DNA of 64,000 bases from the human T2T-CHM13v2.0 reference genome, Homo sapiens. The notes beneath the pieces are model-generated. The model saw only the letters and a list, made by a program, of their open reading frames with translations. It searched no databases and was not told the DNA's origin. Where the stretch lies: the NCBI RefSeq assembly GCF_009914755.1, contig NC_060933.1, one strand, 5' to 3'. The position numbers and the translations under genes were made by a program. This document shows positions 1 to 18,231 of the stretch, in pieces (the stretch's first letter is position 1; every line of letters begins with the position of its first letter).

Positions 1-1170
1 AAGGAATTCTTGCTGGAATTTAGCAAGAAAGTGACGAAAATCCTCTGAGGCACAGAAACTTGGGATGGCAGCATAGAGGGGGAAGCAAAGCACCCAGCTG
101 GGATTGACTTAGAGCCAAGAGGGATTCACCATTGTTAGGAAAAGGTTAACAGGAGATTCTCAAAGTCCACTTTGCCACCACAGATGCCCACAATACTAGC
201 TACAAGAGAGCCCCACAGCCCTCTTAGGGTCCTAAGCCCAGTAGAGGGAACTGCATGGAATCTATGTGACTGCACTCTTCCAGAAAAGAAAATTTATACT
301 GCATGCTCCTCACTCGCTGGGATCCAGCCTACTGCACCATGATGCAATTTTGAGAGAGAGGTCACCAGCAGAGTACATCCTGCCCTGGAGCTGAATAACC
401 CCTGTATCTTTACATCCCTAGGGTTCACTGACACCTCACCCAGAGGACTGCAGCAACATAACACCAGCTGAACACAGCAGTGCAGCCATGACGCAGCATG
501 AGCTCACACAGGGCCCTACACACCAGACACAGGCCATCCAGCACAGTAGGAGGCTGCACTTAGGGCAAAGGGAGCCAACATATGCACTCCCCACAGCCTA
601 AAACCTGCCCACTTGCAACCTTGCCCCCTCCAGCAGCAGAGCTGCTGCACATGCGCATGTGCCACTCAAGGGCTTGAGGGCTAGCCTGCTTGAGGCCCAC
701 TGCTGCTGCTGGCAACCCCATTCCTCCAGTGGCAGAGCCACTACCTGTACACGCACCCCATCCCAATACTAGCTGCTCAGTTTCTCCACCCCAGCAAAGC
801 TGCACCACAGCTTCCAAGAACAACTGCAGCCTAAGCCGTTGAGGCACTCACAGATACCAGTGACATTTATTACAGCCAAAAAAATCATATAGAGAATACA
901 CTACTGTGCCCACTCAGAACCAAAGCCAAAGCACTCTACCCAACCAACACTATAGGACACATCTACAGGAAAAAGTCTCCCTGTAGAACTATCTCATACA
1001 ATTGAAAGAAGCAACTGTCTCACCAGATGCACATATATTAACATAGGAACAGCAGAAACAAGAAAAAGCAAGAAAATATGACACTTCTAAAAACACAATA
1101 ATTCTCCAATAGCAGATCTTCCAAAAAAGGAAATCTATGAAATGTCTAAAAAGGGATCCAAGATAATGAT

Positions 1171-1415
1171 CTTTTTTTTATGATTATTATACTTTAAGTT
1201 CTAGGGTACACGTGCACAACGTGCAGGTTTATTACATATGTATATATGTGCCATATTGGTGTGCTGCAACCATTAACTTGTCATTTACATTAGGTATATC
1301 TCCTAATGCTGTCCCTCCCCCTTCCCTACACCCCACAACAGGCCCCAGTGTGTGATGTTCCCCTTCCTGTGTCCAAGTGTTCTCATTGTTCAATTCCCAC
1401 CTATGAGTGAGAACA
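1171..1415 (-). mobile_element. 5'-truncated L1PA4/5-like 3' end inserted antisense in L1MA ORF1
   Basis: T-tract then ACTTTAAGTTCTAGGGTACACGTGCACAACGTGCAGG...CCCACCTATGAGTGAGAACA, the reverse complement of the L1PA 3'UTR. Confidence 0.92.
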
Positions 1416-1544
1416 AACTGAGATATAAGAGAACACAGACAATTCAACAAAATCAGAAAAACAATTCATGATCTGAATAAGAAATTCAACACAGAAATAA
1501 ATAAATATCATTTTTAATAATGAAACAAATCTTGAAACCAAAGA

Positions 1545-1560
1545 ATATATATATATATAT

Positions 1561-1597
<37 letters not shown>
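1545..1597. repeat. (TA)n(CA)n compound microsatellite
   Basis: Directly visible dinucleotide runs. Confidence 0.95.
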
Positions 1598-1598
<1 letters not shown>

Positions 1599-1959
1599 TA
1601 GAGAACTTCAACAATAGATTAGATCAAGCAGAAGAAAGAATTTCTGAACTTTAAAACTGGTTTTTTGGAATAAACCAGTCAGACCAAAAAATAATAGTAA
1701 TAATAAATAGAAAAAAGATTTTAAAAGAATGAGGAAGGCCTATGGAATGCCATTAAGCAAACCAATGTTCACACAACGGGAATTTCAGAAAGAGAAGGAA
1801 TAGAAAAAGGCATAGGTAACTTATTTAATAAAATAATAGCTGAATATTTTCCAAGTCTTGGAAAAGATACAGACATCTGGATATAGAAAGCTGAAAGAGT
1901 CACAAAAAAACACAATCCTCTCCAAGACACATTATAATCAAACTGTTAAAAAATAAAAA

Positions 1960-2330
<371 letters not shown>

Positions 2331-3397
2331 CTAACAGCAGAGTTCTCAGAAGAAACATTATAGTCCAGGAAACAATGGAATGATAAAGAGCCAAAAGAAG
2401 TAAAGTACCAGACAAGAATACTAGACCCAGTAAAGCTATCCTTCAGAAATCAAGGAGAAATCAATCTTTTTTAGTGAAACAAAAACTGAGGGAATTCATC
2501 ACCACTAAACTAGCCGTATAAGAAATGCTTAAGCGATTCCTACATCTAGAAATGAAAGAATAATATCTACCCTCATGAAAAAACACAAAAGTATAAAACT
2601 CAGTGGTAGAGCAGATGTACAAATACAAAAGAGAAAGGAATCAAATATTATTACTACTAAAGATCACCAAACTGCAAAGATAAACAGTAAGAGAGGAAAA
2701 AAGAAACAAAGGATATATAAGACAATAAGAAAACACTTAACAAAAAGACAGGAGTAAATCCTCACATATCAATAACAACCTTGATTGTAAACCATTTAAA
2801 TTCAGAATTAGAAGATATAGACTGTCTAAATGTATAAAAAAAAGACCAAACTGTATTCTGCCTCCACAAACTCACTTTACCTGTAAAAACACATATAGAC
2901 TAAAAGTGAGGGGATGGAAAAAGATATTCTATACAAATGAAAACCACAAGTAAACAGGAATATCTATACTTACATCAGATAAAATAGACCTTAAGTCAAA
3001 AAAAGACAAAAAGAGACAAAGAAGGTTATTATGTAATGATAAATGTATCAATTCATCAAGAGGATATAACAATTGTAAATATGCATGTACCCAACACCAG
3101 AACATCCAGATATATAAAACAAATATTACTAAAGCTAAAGGGAAAGATAGACCCCAGTACAATAGTAGTTGAGAACTTCAACATCCCACTTTCAGGATTG
3201 GACCAGTAATCTAGATAGAAAATTAACAAACATTGGACTGAACCCGCAATATAGAATAGATGAACCTAACGAATATTTTATCCAACAGCTGCAGAACACA
3301 CATTCTTCTCACCAGGACATGGAACATTCTCAAGGCAAAACCATATGTTAGGCAACAAAATAAATCTCAACAAATTTTTAAAAATCAAAGCAATATC

Positions 3398-7627
<4,230 letters not shown>

Positions 7628-8364
7628 GGAAAATTTTTTTAAAGTGCATACATTTTCAAAAATATGCATAGAAAAATATTTGAAAGGATGTATACCAGAC
7701 TTTTTTAAATGGTCATTTCTTGATGGCATGATTATATGACTTTTTTTCTTTCTGTTTACCTATTTTTTTAAACTTTACATTATAAACTCATCTTAATCTC
7801 TGCCAACAAGAAAAAAAGTGCCGTTAATAATATCTGTAATATGAATGACATAACTTCTAGAATTATTAAGCTTGAGAAGTAGTGTGCAGAAAAGAGTTAA
7901 CATAGCAGGTCTGACTACTATCCTTCAAAAGACCTGCTTAAAAGATGCCTCTTAGCTGGCATTTGGGAACTTAGATTTCAGAACAGTTCCTGCCACTCTA
8001 ACTGGTAAGAGTGGCTCACCGTACCTAAATAATACGGTTTATGCTGAATATTTGCTTTCCTTCTGGGAGTTTGGAATTTCAGTGCATACTAGGCAGAAAA
8101 TGTCTATGTAACCACACCCCCATAAAAACCTAGGTTTTGAGTCACTAATGATCTCCAGTAACACAAAATTTCACATATGTTACAATTTGTTGCTGCAAAA
8201 AAAATAAGTACACCCTGTGTGACTCCACTGGGAGAGGACTCTTAGAAGTCTGTACCTGTTTTCTTGGGATTTCACCCCATCATGCACTCTTCCCTTTGCT
8301 GATTTTTCTTTGTGTGCATTCACTGTAATAAATACTGCTATGAGGAGTATGACCATTAAAAAAA
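7628..8364 (+). other. L1 3'-transduced segment
   Basis: Non-L1PA DNA between the L1PA 3' end and the downstream TSD copy AAAAATCAAAGCAATATC (3380-3397 = 8360-8377); AATAAA at 8327-8332 and A-run at 8358-8364. Confidence 0.88.
7883..8357 (+). mobile_element. ERV LTR (MER68/MER21-like), truncated at its poly(A) site, inside the transduction
   Basis: Starts TGTGCAGAAAAGAGTTAACATAGCAGG; contains TGTGACTCCACTGGGAGAGGACTCTT; ends ~25 nt after AATAAA with no U5 or terminal CA. Confidence 0.8.
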
Positions 8365-11300
8365 TCAAAGCAATATCAAGTATCTTTTCAGACCAAAATG
8401 GAATAAAACTAGAAGTCAATAACAAGAGTAACTTTGGAAACTGTACGTAAAAATTAAGTAACATGCTCTTGAACAACCGCTGGGTCGATTAAATAAATTA
8501 AGAAAGAAAATGGTTTCTTGAATCAACTAAAAGTAAAATTATAGCATAGCAAAATCTATGGGATACAGCAAAAGCAGTACTAACAGAGAATTTTATGGAA
8601 ATAAATACCTACATCAAAAACTAGACAGATTTAAGATAAACAACCTAAAAATACATCTCAAGGAACTAGAAAAGCAAGAACAAACCAAACCCAAAATTAG
8701 TAGAAGAAAAAAAATAATAAAGATTAGAGCAAAACTAAAGAAAATACAGACTGAAAAAAATATGCATAAGATGAATAAAATGAAAAGTTATTTTTTGAAA
8801 GATAAATAAAATCAATAAACCATTAACTAGATTAAGAAAAAAAGAAAGAAAATCTAAATAAAATCAGAAACAAAAAAGGAGACATCACAACTGATTTCAC
8901 AGAGATGTAAAGGATCATTAGAGGCAATATGCCAACAAATTGAAAAGCCTAGAGGAAATGGATAAATTCCTGAACACATATAACCCACCAACACTGAACC
9001 CAGAAGAAATAGAAAAGGGAAACAGAGCAATCATGAGTAACAAAATTGAATCAGCAATAAAAAGTCTCCCAAAAAAGAAAAGCCCAGGACCGGATGGCTT
9101 CACTGCTAAATACTACCAAATATTTAAAGAAAAACTAACATTTACATCCATGTAGTATGGGAAATTAAAAAGAAAAACTAACACCAATTCTTCTCAAACT
9201 GTTCTAATAAAGTTGAGAGGGGTAATTTTTCCTAACTTATCCTATGAGGCCAGCATAATCCTGATACCAAAACCAGACAAGGACACAGCAACAACAAAAA
9301 AAGAAAACTCTAGTGAACATAGATGAAAAAATTCAAACAAAATACTAGCAAACTAAATCTAACAGGACATTTAAAAGATTATACACATGATCAAGTGGGA
9401 TTTATCCCAGGGATGCAATGATGGTTCAACATACACAAATCAATAAATGTGATACATCACATCAAGAGAATGAAGGACAAAAAACATATGATCATCTCAA
9501 TAGATGCAGAAAAGGCATTGGATAAAATTACACATTTCCTCATGATGAAAACTCTCAAAAACTTAGGTAGAAAAAACATACCTCAACAAAATAAAGACCA
9601 TATAAAACAGCTAACATCATATTGAATGAGGAAAATAAAGTTTTCCTCTAAGAACTGGAACAAGACAAGAATGTCCACTTCTACCACTCGCATTCAACAT
9701 AGTACTGGATGTCCTAGCCAGAGAAATTAAGCAAGAGAAAGAAAGGGCATTCACATTGGAAAAGAGTAGGTCAAACTGTACCTCTTTGTAGATGACATAA
9801 TCTTATATATAGAAAAACCTAAAGACCTCACCAAAACACTCTTAGAACTGAAAGAGGAATTCAGTAAAATTTCAAAATACAAAAATCAGTAGCATTTTTA
9901 TATACCAATAACTAGCTGAAAATGGAACAAAGAAAGCAATAACTACAACAAAATAAAAATCTCATGTTCATTAATAGGAAGAACTGATATTATGAAATGA
10001 CCGTACTGCCCAAAGTAATCTACAGATTTAATGCGATCTCTTTCAAAATACCAATGACATTCTTCACAGAAATAGGAAAAACAATCCTGAAATTCATATT
10101 GAACCACAAAAGACTCCAAATAGCCAATCCTGAGCATAAAGAAAAAGTCGGAAGTATTATACCAGAAATACTAGATTTCAAAATATTCTACAAAGCTAAA
10201 ATAACCAAAACACATGGTACTGGCATGAAAACAGACACATAGACTGATGGAACAGAATAGAAAAGCCAGAAAGAAATTTATACATTTATAGCCAACTGAT
10301 TGATAAAGGCACCGTGAACACACACTGGGGAATGGCAGGCTTTTCAATAAATGGTGCTGAGAAAACTGGATATCCACATGCAAAAGAGTGAGACTATACC
10401 CTTATTTATCGCCATAACAGAAATTAACTAAAAATGGATTTAAGACTTAAATGTAAGGCTTAAAACAATAAAACTACTGGAAGAAAATATGAGAGAAATG
10501 CTTCATGACATTGGGCAAAGATTTTATAGGTACAACTTCAAAAACACAGGCAAAAAAGCAAAAATAGACAAATTGGATTATTTCAGACTAAAAAACCTTA
10601 AGCACAACAAAGGAAACAATTAACACACTGAGAGACAACCTGTAGAATGGGAGAAAATATTTGTAAGCTATTAACCTGATGAGGGATTAATATCCAGAAT
10701 ATTAAAGGAACTCAAACAATTCAATAGCAAGAAAAATAATCTGGTTTAAAATGGGCAAAGAATCTGAATAAATATTTCTCAGGTGAAAATATCTCTCAAA
10801 TGGCCAAAAAGTATATTAAAAATGCTCAACATCACTAATCAGGGAAATGTGAATCAAAACCACAACGAGATACCATCTCAACCCAGTTAGAAAGGCTATT
10901 ATTTAAAAAGACAAAAAAATAACAAATTCTGGCAAGGATGCAGAGAAAGGAGAACTCTTACACATTGTTGGTGTCAATACAAATTAGTACAGCTATTTTG
11001 GTCAATAGTATGGAGGTTCCTGAAAAAAACTAAAGATAGAACTATCATATGATCCAGCAATCCCACTACTAGGTACTTAGCCAAAGAAAAGGAAATTGAC
11101 ATATCAAAGAGCTATCTGTCCCCCTTGATATTTATTGAAGCACTAGTCACAGTAGCCAAGCTATGTAATCAACCTAGGTGTCCAAAAACAGATGAATGGT
11201 TAAGTAAAACGTGGTCTGTACACACAGTGGAATACTATTCAGCCATTAAAAAAGAATAAAATCCTGTCATTTGAGGCAACATGAATGAGTCTGTAGGGCA

Positions 11301-11757
11301 TTATGTTAAGTGTAGTAAATCAGGCACAGAAAGATAAATACTACATTTTCTCACTCATATGTGGTAGCTAAAAAAGTTGAGCTCATAGAAGTAGAGAGTA
11401 TAATTGTGATTATTAGGGGCTGGAAAGAGGAGGGAGGAGAAGAGGGTAAGAAGTGGTTGGTTAATGAATACAAAATTGCAGCTAGATAGGAGGAATAAGT
11501 TCTAGTGCTCCATAGTACTGTAGGGTGACTATAGTTAACAACGATTTATTATATATTTACATATAGCTAGAATAGAGGATTTTGAATGTTCCCAACAGAA
11601 AAAAATGATAAATGTTTGAGGTGATGCATATGCTAATTGTTCTGATTTGATCATTATACATTGTATATATGTATTGAAATATCACTCAGTATGCCATAAA
11701 TACATATAATTATGATGTCAAGTTTTTTAAAAAAAGACTACTATGAAGCAATTATTA

Positions 11758-12068
<311 letters not shown>

Positions 12069-12564
12069 AAATTATTATACATTTGTCTGATTAAACTACA
12101 TCTTTTTTCATTCTGTCCATTTTTTGAAAGTTTATAAACATCTGCATTAGAAAAAGATAACGGAAACCAACTTCATCAGTTGGGCTAGTTGCTGCAGCAA
12201 AAGTCTGAATGGTCCAGTTTCTGAATAGCTAAAGAAAACCATCTATTTATGTGTTCCTTGCTATGGATAAATGGACATTTAATTTTTCTGTAGCCAAGAA
12301 GCCATCCTGTATCATCCTTTCTCCCTAGACTTATATTTCTGGAAAACTACCACAATGGTGTGAAATTGCAAGGAGTTGCTTCCGGTTCACAGTGAGAGCT
12401 CAAAACTTGAGTCATTCTACGTAGGTGCCACTGGTATGGAAGATGCTGTAAGAATAGGACACCTTGAATTTGCATTAGCCTAAGTCTTGCTTCCTCTCTC
12501 CTACCTCCCCTTAATTACAAAACACAAATCACTTCACCTCCTCTGGTACAGAACAAATTGACCT

Positions 12565-12582
12565 CTACTCCCCCCTGGTGGA
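12565..12582 (-). promoter_or_regulatory. Candidate CTCF site
   Basis: Minus strand CCACCAGGGGGGAG matches CCASYAGRKGGCRS at 13/14 positions, in non-repeat DNA with nearby CpGs. Confidence 0.4.
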
Positions 12583-15511
12583 TCACTACAGTATGCTGGG
12601 CGAGTCACTTCTGAAATCGCCGCATGGGCCCTTAAGACTTAATAAATCAAGGGCCACCTCTTGTGAGCCTTACATGTTCTAGTCCAACGTACTAGTTATT
12701 TAGAGCTGAAAAGTAATCTGCCCCCATATTGTGCTAGTATTTTTTGGCTTGTGTCTTCCAAGTTGTTCCTTTATTATTCCAATGTTGCATTCTTTATTGT
12801 GATTGCCTGGTTACTTGTCTATCTCCCCAAATAGACCATAAACCACAGAAACACAATAATGTGAAGTGATTTTCTTGAGGCCACATAATCAGGAGAGGAT
12901 CCCAATATAGAAATCAGGTTTCTCTATTCATGAGCCATTGTGCTGTTCATTCACAGCGATGTTCTGTGTTCTGAAATCTCTTTCTCAGAAGAAGCATTGA
13001 GATGGCAACACACCAGGGCTCAGAAAACAGATCCTGCTGTCAGCTCAGTCACTCATCTCGCCAAGCCCCTAATGTTTCTCATCTGAACAATGATGGTAGT
13101 TTCTTCAGACCATTGCTAAGGTTCAGTACAACTTCGAATATCTAGGATTCAACTGGAAAGAATTGCCATTCATGGGCAGTTGTAACACATTGAGAGAGAG
13201 AGAGAAAAGAGAAAGAGGGAGCATTCATCTATTAATTAAACAAATATGTCTTCATTTAACAATTATTCAGCATCTGCAACATGCCAAAGTGGATGCCAGA
13301 TACACTGGTGAACAAAAAACACAATGACCTTGACCCTGAGAACTTTTGTCTTGATCCTTGTGGAGTCACTGGCCAGTGCCTCTCATTGATGATCCCAGAT
13401 AAACAGATTGACAGGCCTTTGATCAGCACGCTATTTTGAAGAATTCTCTCATGGATATGTGTTTGTGTGATGGGGTAGGAGAGAATGCTGGTGACAACTG
13501 CCACACTTAAAATTAGCATATCTCAAATTCTTGAAACAAACAAAAACAAATAAACAGCAGCAACAAAACAGACTGGGTATGTCCAGCACAGGTGTCCCCT
13601 GCCTGTAAATGTGCAGTTTCCCTAAATCAAGCCGTGGTTGCTCTCTGCTGCCAAGATGCCAATGGGAGTGCCCAATTAGTGCCAATTTGTTTCTTGTAAT
13701 ACAGACACCTGTCACCAAAGAGCTTGATAAAAATAACCATCTCAGTCACTGCAGATCCAAACTGGGCTCTAACTAATCACCTAGAGGTAAATAGGAAGGC
13801 TTCAAATCCCACTGCAAATTCTCCAAGGGACTCAGTCCCTCTGACTGTGGACAAATTTATGCCGTATTTCTCACTGATGGCAAGACACCAACTGGCAATT
13901 GATATTTTTTTTTCTTTAAATGCAAGTTATCAGCCTTTCCTCCCAGTCAGCTACAGGCTTCCCCCTGGCAGTTCAAGACTCAGGGTGATAATGGATTATC
14001 TTTACTTTTAATAGCAAATCACCTTCCACTGAGATGGAATGAATGCTGCAGGAGAAGGAGAACAGATTTCACCAAGAAGTCCTTTAACTCTCTTCAGGAA
14101 ACATCTCTAGTTCAAGCATTTAAAAAAAAAAAAATAACCTTTAAAAACTAACCAGGTTTCCGCTGTGTGGTTGAGCCAGCCATGAGGGTTGTGCTGGTTA
14201 CATCTGAATTAGCCCTGCTTGACAATCACTTTCAAACTCTGTTGTACTTCATGCCAGCAGTTTCACTCCCTGGGTGTGCAATCGTATGGGGCAGATGCCT
14301 TCGAAGGAGCTATCGGACCCAGATGAAGAACATATAATATACAATAAACAAATGAGAAGGCAAGACATTTTTACAGAATCACCCAGGCAGGAAAATCAGC
14401 ACGTCCTGCTCTTCAATAGTGGGCCCATCTAGCCTACTGCTTTATGGGGAGCAGAAATGCCTGGAATCTAAATCTGCCACAGGAGGCGTTTCTTTGCCTC
14501 CTCTCGATGCTGTGAGCTGAATGGTAGATTGCATCACCTCCATTGTAAGGCAGCTCTCGTTATGAGAAACCAAACATAGAGCCTGGCTCCTAACTGGAGT
14601 ATTAATAATGAAAATGGATTATGTGCATCCTGTTTGCTAAGCAATTATCCCAAGGCAGGGATTGAGTCCAGATTTTTTGCCTCACTGCCTGAGTGGCAGA
14701 ATGTGAATAGATAGACAGGTATTTGCATGCAGTGTCTCTGACCTGGAGAAAATGTCAGGAGCTTTATAGACTGCAGTGAGAGCTGCAGATGCATATTCTT
14801 TTCAAACATGGCTGGGTTTTGCAGTCTATTCTTGGAAAAGGCAAAGAAAGGGGGAAAGAGTTGGATTTGCTGTTACTGTTTAAAGATATCCTCCTGAGTC
14901 AAGGTGAGATTATTTTATTTTGCCCACCTTAAGTTTTTTATTAACTGGAAGTGACTTCAGCTCCTACCTTCTCAAGGAAATGAAATGAGTTTTATTTAGT
15001 TGATGGCGAGGAATACTTTCCCTGGATGTTTAATAGACCTGGGTCTGATCTGCTGAACCTAGGCACATTTTAATGAGAGGAGGCATTTCTCTAATGCTTC
15101 AGATGTACATTTTCTTCTTCTCCTCCTCTTTCGCTTGCTGTGATCCTGCAAGGTGGCAACTGACTTCCTCTCTCTGATGCTCATGCTCTATTTCAGGGCT
15201 ATATTTCCAGGGTGAAATGAATCCTGCATAGGTGTATGCAGTACTTTAGAATCCTTCAGAGTAAGCCCTGCCACAGCTGTGTCACCTCCAGTCTCTGCTC
15301 ACCACCCTCCTCCTTTGTCTTGCACTCACATGTTAAGTTGCAGGATGGAGAGATGGTAGTGGAAGTTCATGCGGACAAGGCTCATTTTCACGGGACCACA
15401 GAGAGTAGTCCTACAAGACTCAGGCAGGTAGCAGGGGCAGCACACCCCTAATCCTGTGGCAGAGGTCACTCAAACCCTAACACAGATTTTACACTCAGTT
15501 AAAATTGCCTG

Positions 15512-15990
15512 GGGAATGGATAAACAACTGTAATACATCCATGTGGTAGAATACTACTCAGCAATAAAAAGGAACAAATTACTTATATATACAACACCGT
15601 GAAAAAATTATCTAATTCGTTATTCTACGTGAAAGAAGTCAGACTCGAAAGACTACATACCGTATGATTCCAAACTGGAAAGGTAAAACTATAGGGACCA
15701 AAAACAGATGAACAGTTTCGAGGGCTGCAAGCAGAAGGAGAGGCTGACTTAATAGGATGACCAAATCACCTTCATTTGCTTAGAACTGTCCCAGTTTTAG
15801 CTCAAAATGTCTCCATCCCAGAAACCCCTCAGTCCTAGACAAATTGGGACAGCTGGTCTCCCTGGAGCTTGACTACAAAGGGACACAGAGAACTTTTGAA
15901 GGGGATAAAACTGTGTTTTTAAAGCTCAGAGAACTGTACACTTACTTAAAAGGGTGAATTTTACTCTATGTAAATTATAACTTAATAAGT
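15512..15990 (+). mobile_element. Old L1 (L1MB/MC) 3' fragment, interrupted by MER81
   Basis: GAATGGATAAACAACTG...TACTACTCAGCAATAAAAAGGAAC; ends CTGTACACTTACTTAAAAGGGTGAATTTTACTCTATGTAAATTATA. Confidence 0.8.
15753..15864. mobile_element. MER81-like hAT MITE
   Basis: ~112 bp with TIR remnants TAGGATGACC...GGTCTCCCT and internal CTGTCCCAGTTTTAGC / GAAACCCCTCAGTCC. Confidence 0.75.
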
Positions 15991-16311
15991 GAATGGGAAG
16001 AATTGCCCAGTCTCTCCTGTGTCTCTCCACTGGGCAGTGGGCTCTCTTATATGCAAGGATTTCATCTGTCCCATGCCACTGTCCCCCCTGGCACCTAGTG
16101 CTGTGCCTGGCATGACATAATTTGCTAAAAGCATGCATGCTCATTTTCCTCAGATGCTACGCGTCGTGTCAACACCAGTGGATTCTTTAAACAATCCAAT
16201 GGTGACTAAACATGACATTTTCTTCCTGGAAATGCTCGAATTAAGGTTTTCTCTGTTTCTTTTAGGTTGTGAGTTGATCGACGTGCTCTCAATATGATAC
16301 AACTATAGTTA

Positions 16312-16475
16312 TCAGTGTTTTCTAAATACATTGAACATAACAAATTCCTGGAGTGTTTAAAAAAAAAAAATTCCTGGAACTCTACCCAGGTTGACCAAAG
16401 CTGAGCTTCCAGGGGAATGGCCTGGGAATGTGTATATTTTTAAAGTTTCTCAGATGATTCTTATGATCAAATAAG
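16312..16475. mobile_element. MER5-like hAT-Charlie MITE
   Basis: CAGTGTTTTCTAAA...GGCCTGGGAATGTGTATATTTTTAAAGTTTCTCAGATGATTCTTATG. Confidence 0.65.
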
Positions 16476-17251
16476 GAAAGCAGAAAGAAAACTGTGGTGT
16501 CAGACCTCAGCACTGGCCTTTAGGGCTGGTCAACACATCTAAAATGTGATCCTTCTATCAGAGTCTTTCCCTTGAGGAGTCATTCATTCATTGATTCCAT
16601 CTGAGAACTAGTTATTGAGCAACTACTCTAATACTACAGCCTGAAAACAGGACAAACAAATACACGGGATAAGTTCAATCACTGCCAGGAACTGCGACAG
16701 GGCTAGGTACCACTTCAATACAAGTCAGGAAGGATGCAATTCTTGTTGATTTCTGGCTCTAACCTCATGCTGGTTTCCCATGGGGAGTGTACTTGGAATG
16801 CCACAAACATGTTCTCATCCCAGCATTGCCAAAAACATCTGCCACAGACTAGCCTCAGCGTCTGCAAACATGAAGGGAAAGACCTAGACATTGATCCCCA
16901 AGGTCGTCTTCTAGGCCTGACATTGTATGTTTCTGGAGTTTATTATTGTAATCAAATAAAACGAATCTGATACATATTTAATGATATACATAATTGTTAT
17001 TATGCTGCATGATAATTAGCTATCAATGGTAAGCAGTTCACAGAAATGACTGTAATTAGTATTTCTTATACACAGTCAACCCAAGTTTGGGGTTTTTCTC
17101 TCGTCTCACTTTTTTATTCTGTAATCAGCATCAGAGTTCTCTGTTCTTCTACACTATGTATCATTCCAGGATAATCCGTGTCCTTCTCTCACACACACCA
17201 GCTTAGGGATATTGATGCTTGAAAACATCAAGGCCCAGGATATTCTCTTCA

Positions 17252-17704
<453 letters not shown>

Positions 17705-17815
17705 TTAGACAATCAGAATTTTTCCATGAAGGAATGGGAAATCCAACAGGGGAGATAATACATGAGGATGGACCTGATATCTTGGTTTCTGAGACTCTGG
17801 CAGCAGAAGGGAAGG

Positions 17816-18231
17816 TGTGTTAGTTTCCAGGGCTTCCACAACAAAACACCACAGATGAGGTGGCTTAAACAACAGAAACTTATTTTCTCACAATTCTGGA
17901 GGCGAAATGTCTGAGATCAAGATGTCAGCAGGTTTGGTTTTCTCTGAGGCGTCTGTCCTTGGCTTGCAGATGGCTGTCTTCTCACTGTGTCCTCACATGG
18001 TCTTCTGCTATGCACACACATGTCTGGTGTGTATGTCTCTCTCTAGGTCGAAATTTCCTCATCTTGTATGGATACCAGTCATATACGATTAGGGCCCACC
18101 TCAAAGCCCTCATTTTAACCTAATCATCTCTTTGAAGACCTCATCTCCAAATATGCTCACCTTCTATAAGGTACCGGAGGTTAGGACTGCAACATGTGAA
18201 TGGGTACAGGAACGTAATGCAGCCCGTAACA
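17816..18231 (-). mobile_element. MLT1B-like solo LTR (MaLR)
   Basis: TG...CA termini, 5-bp TSD GAAGG on both sides, typical GGCTTAAACAACAGAAACTTATTTTCTCACAATTCTGGAGGC. Confidence 0.88.
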
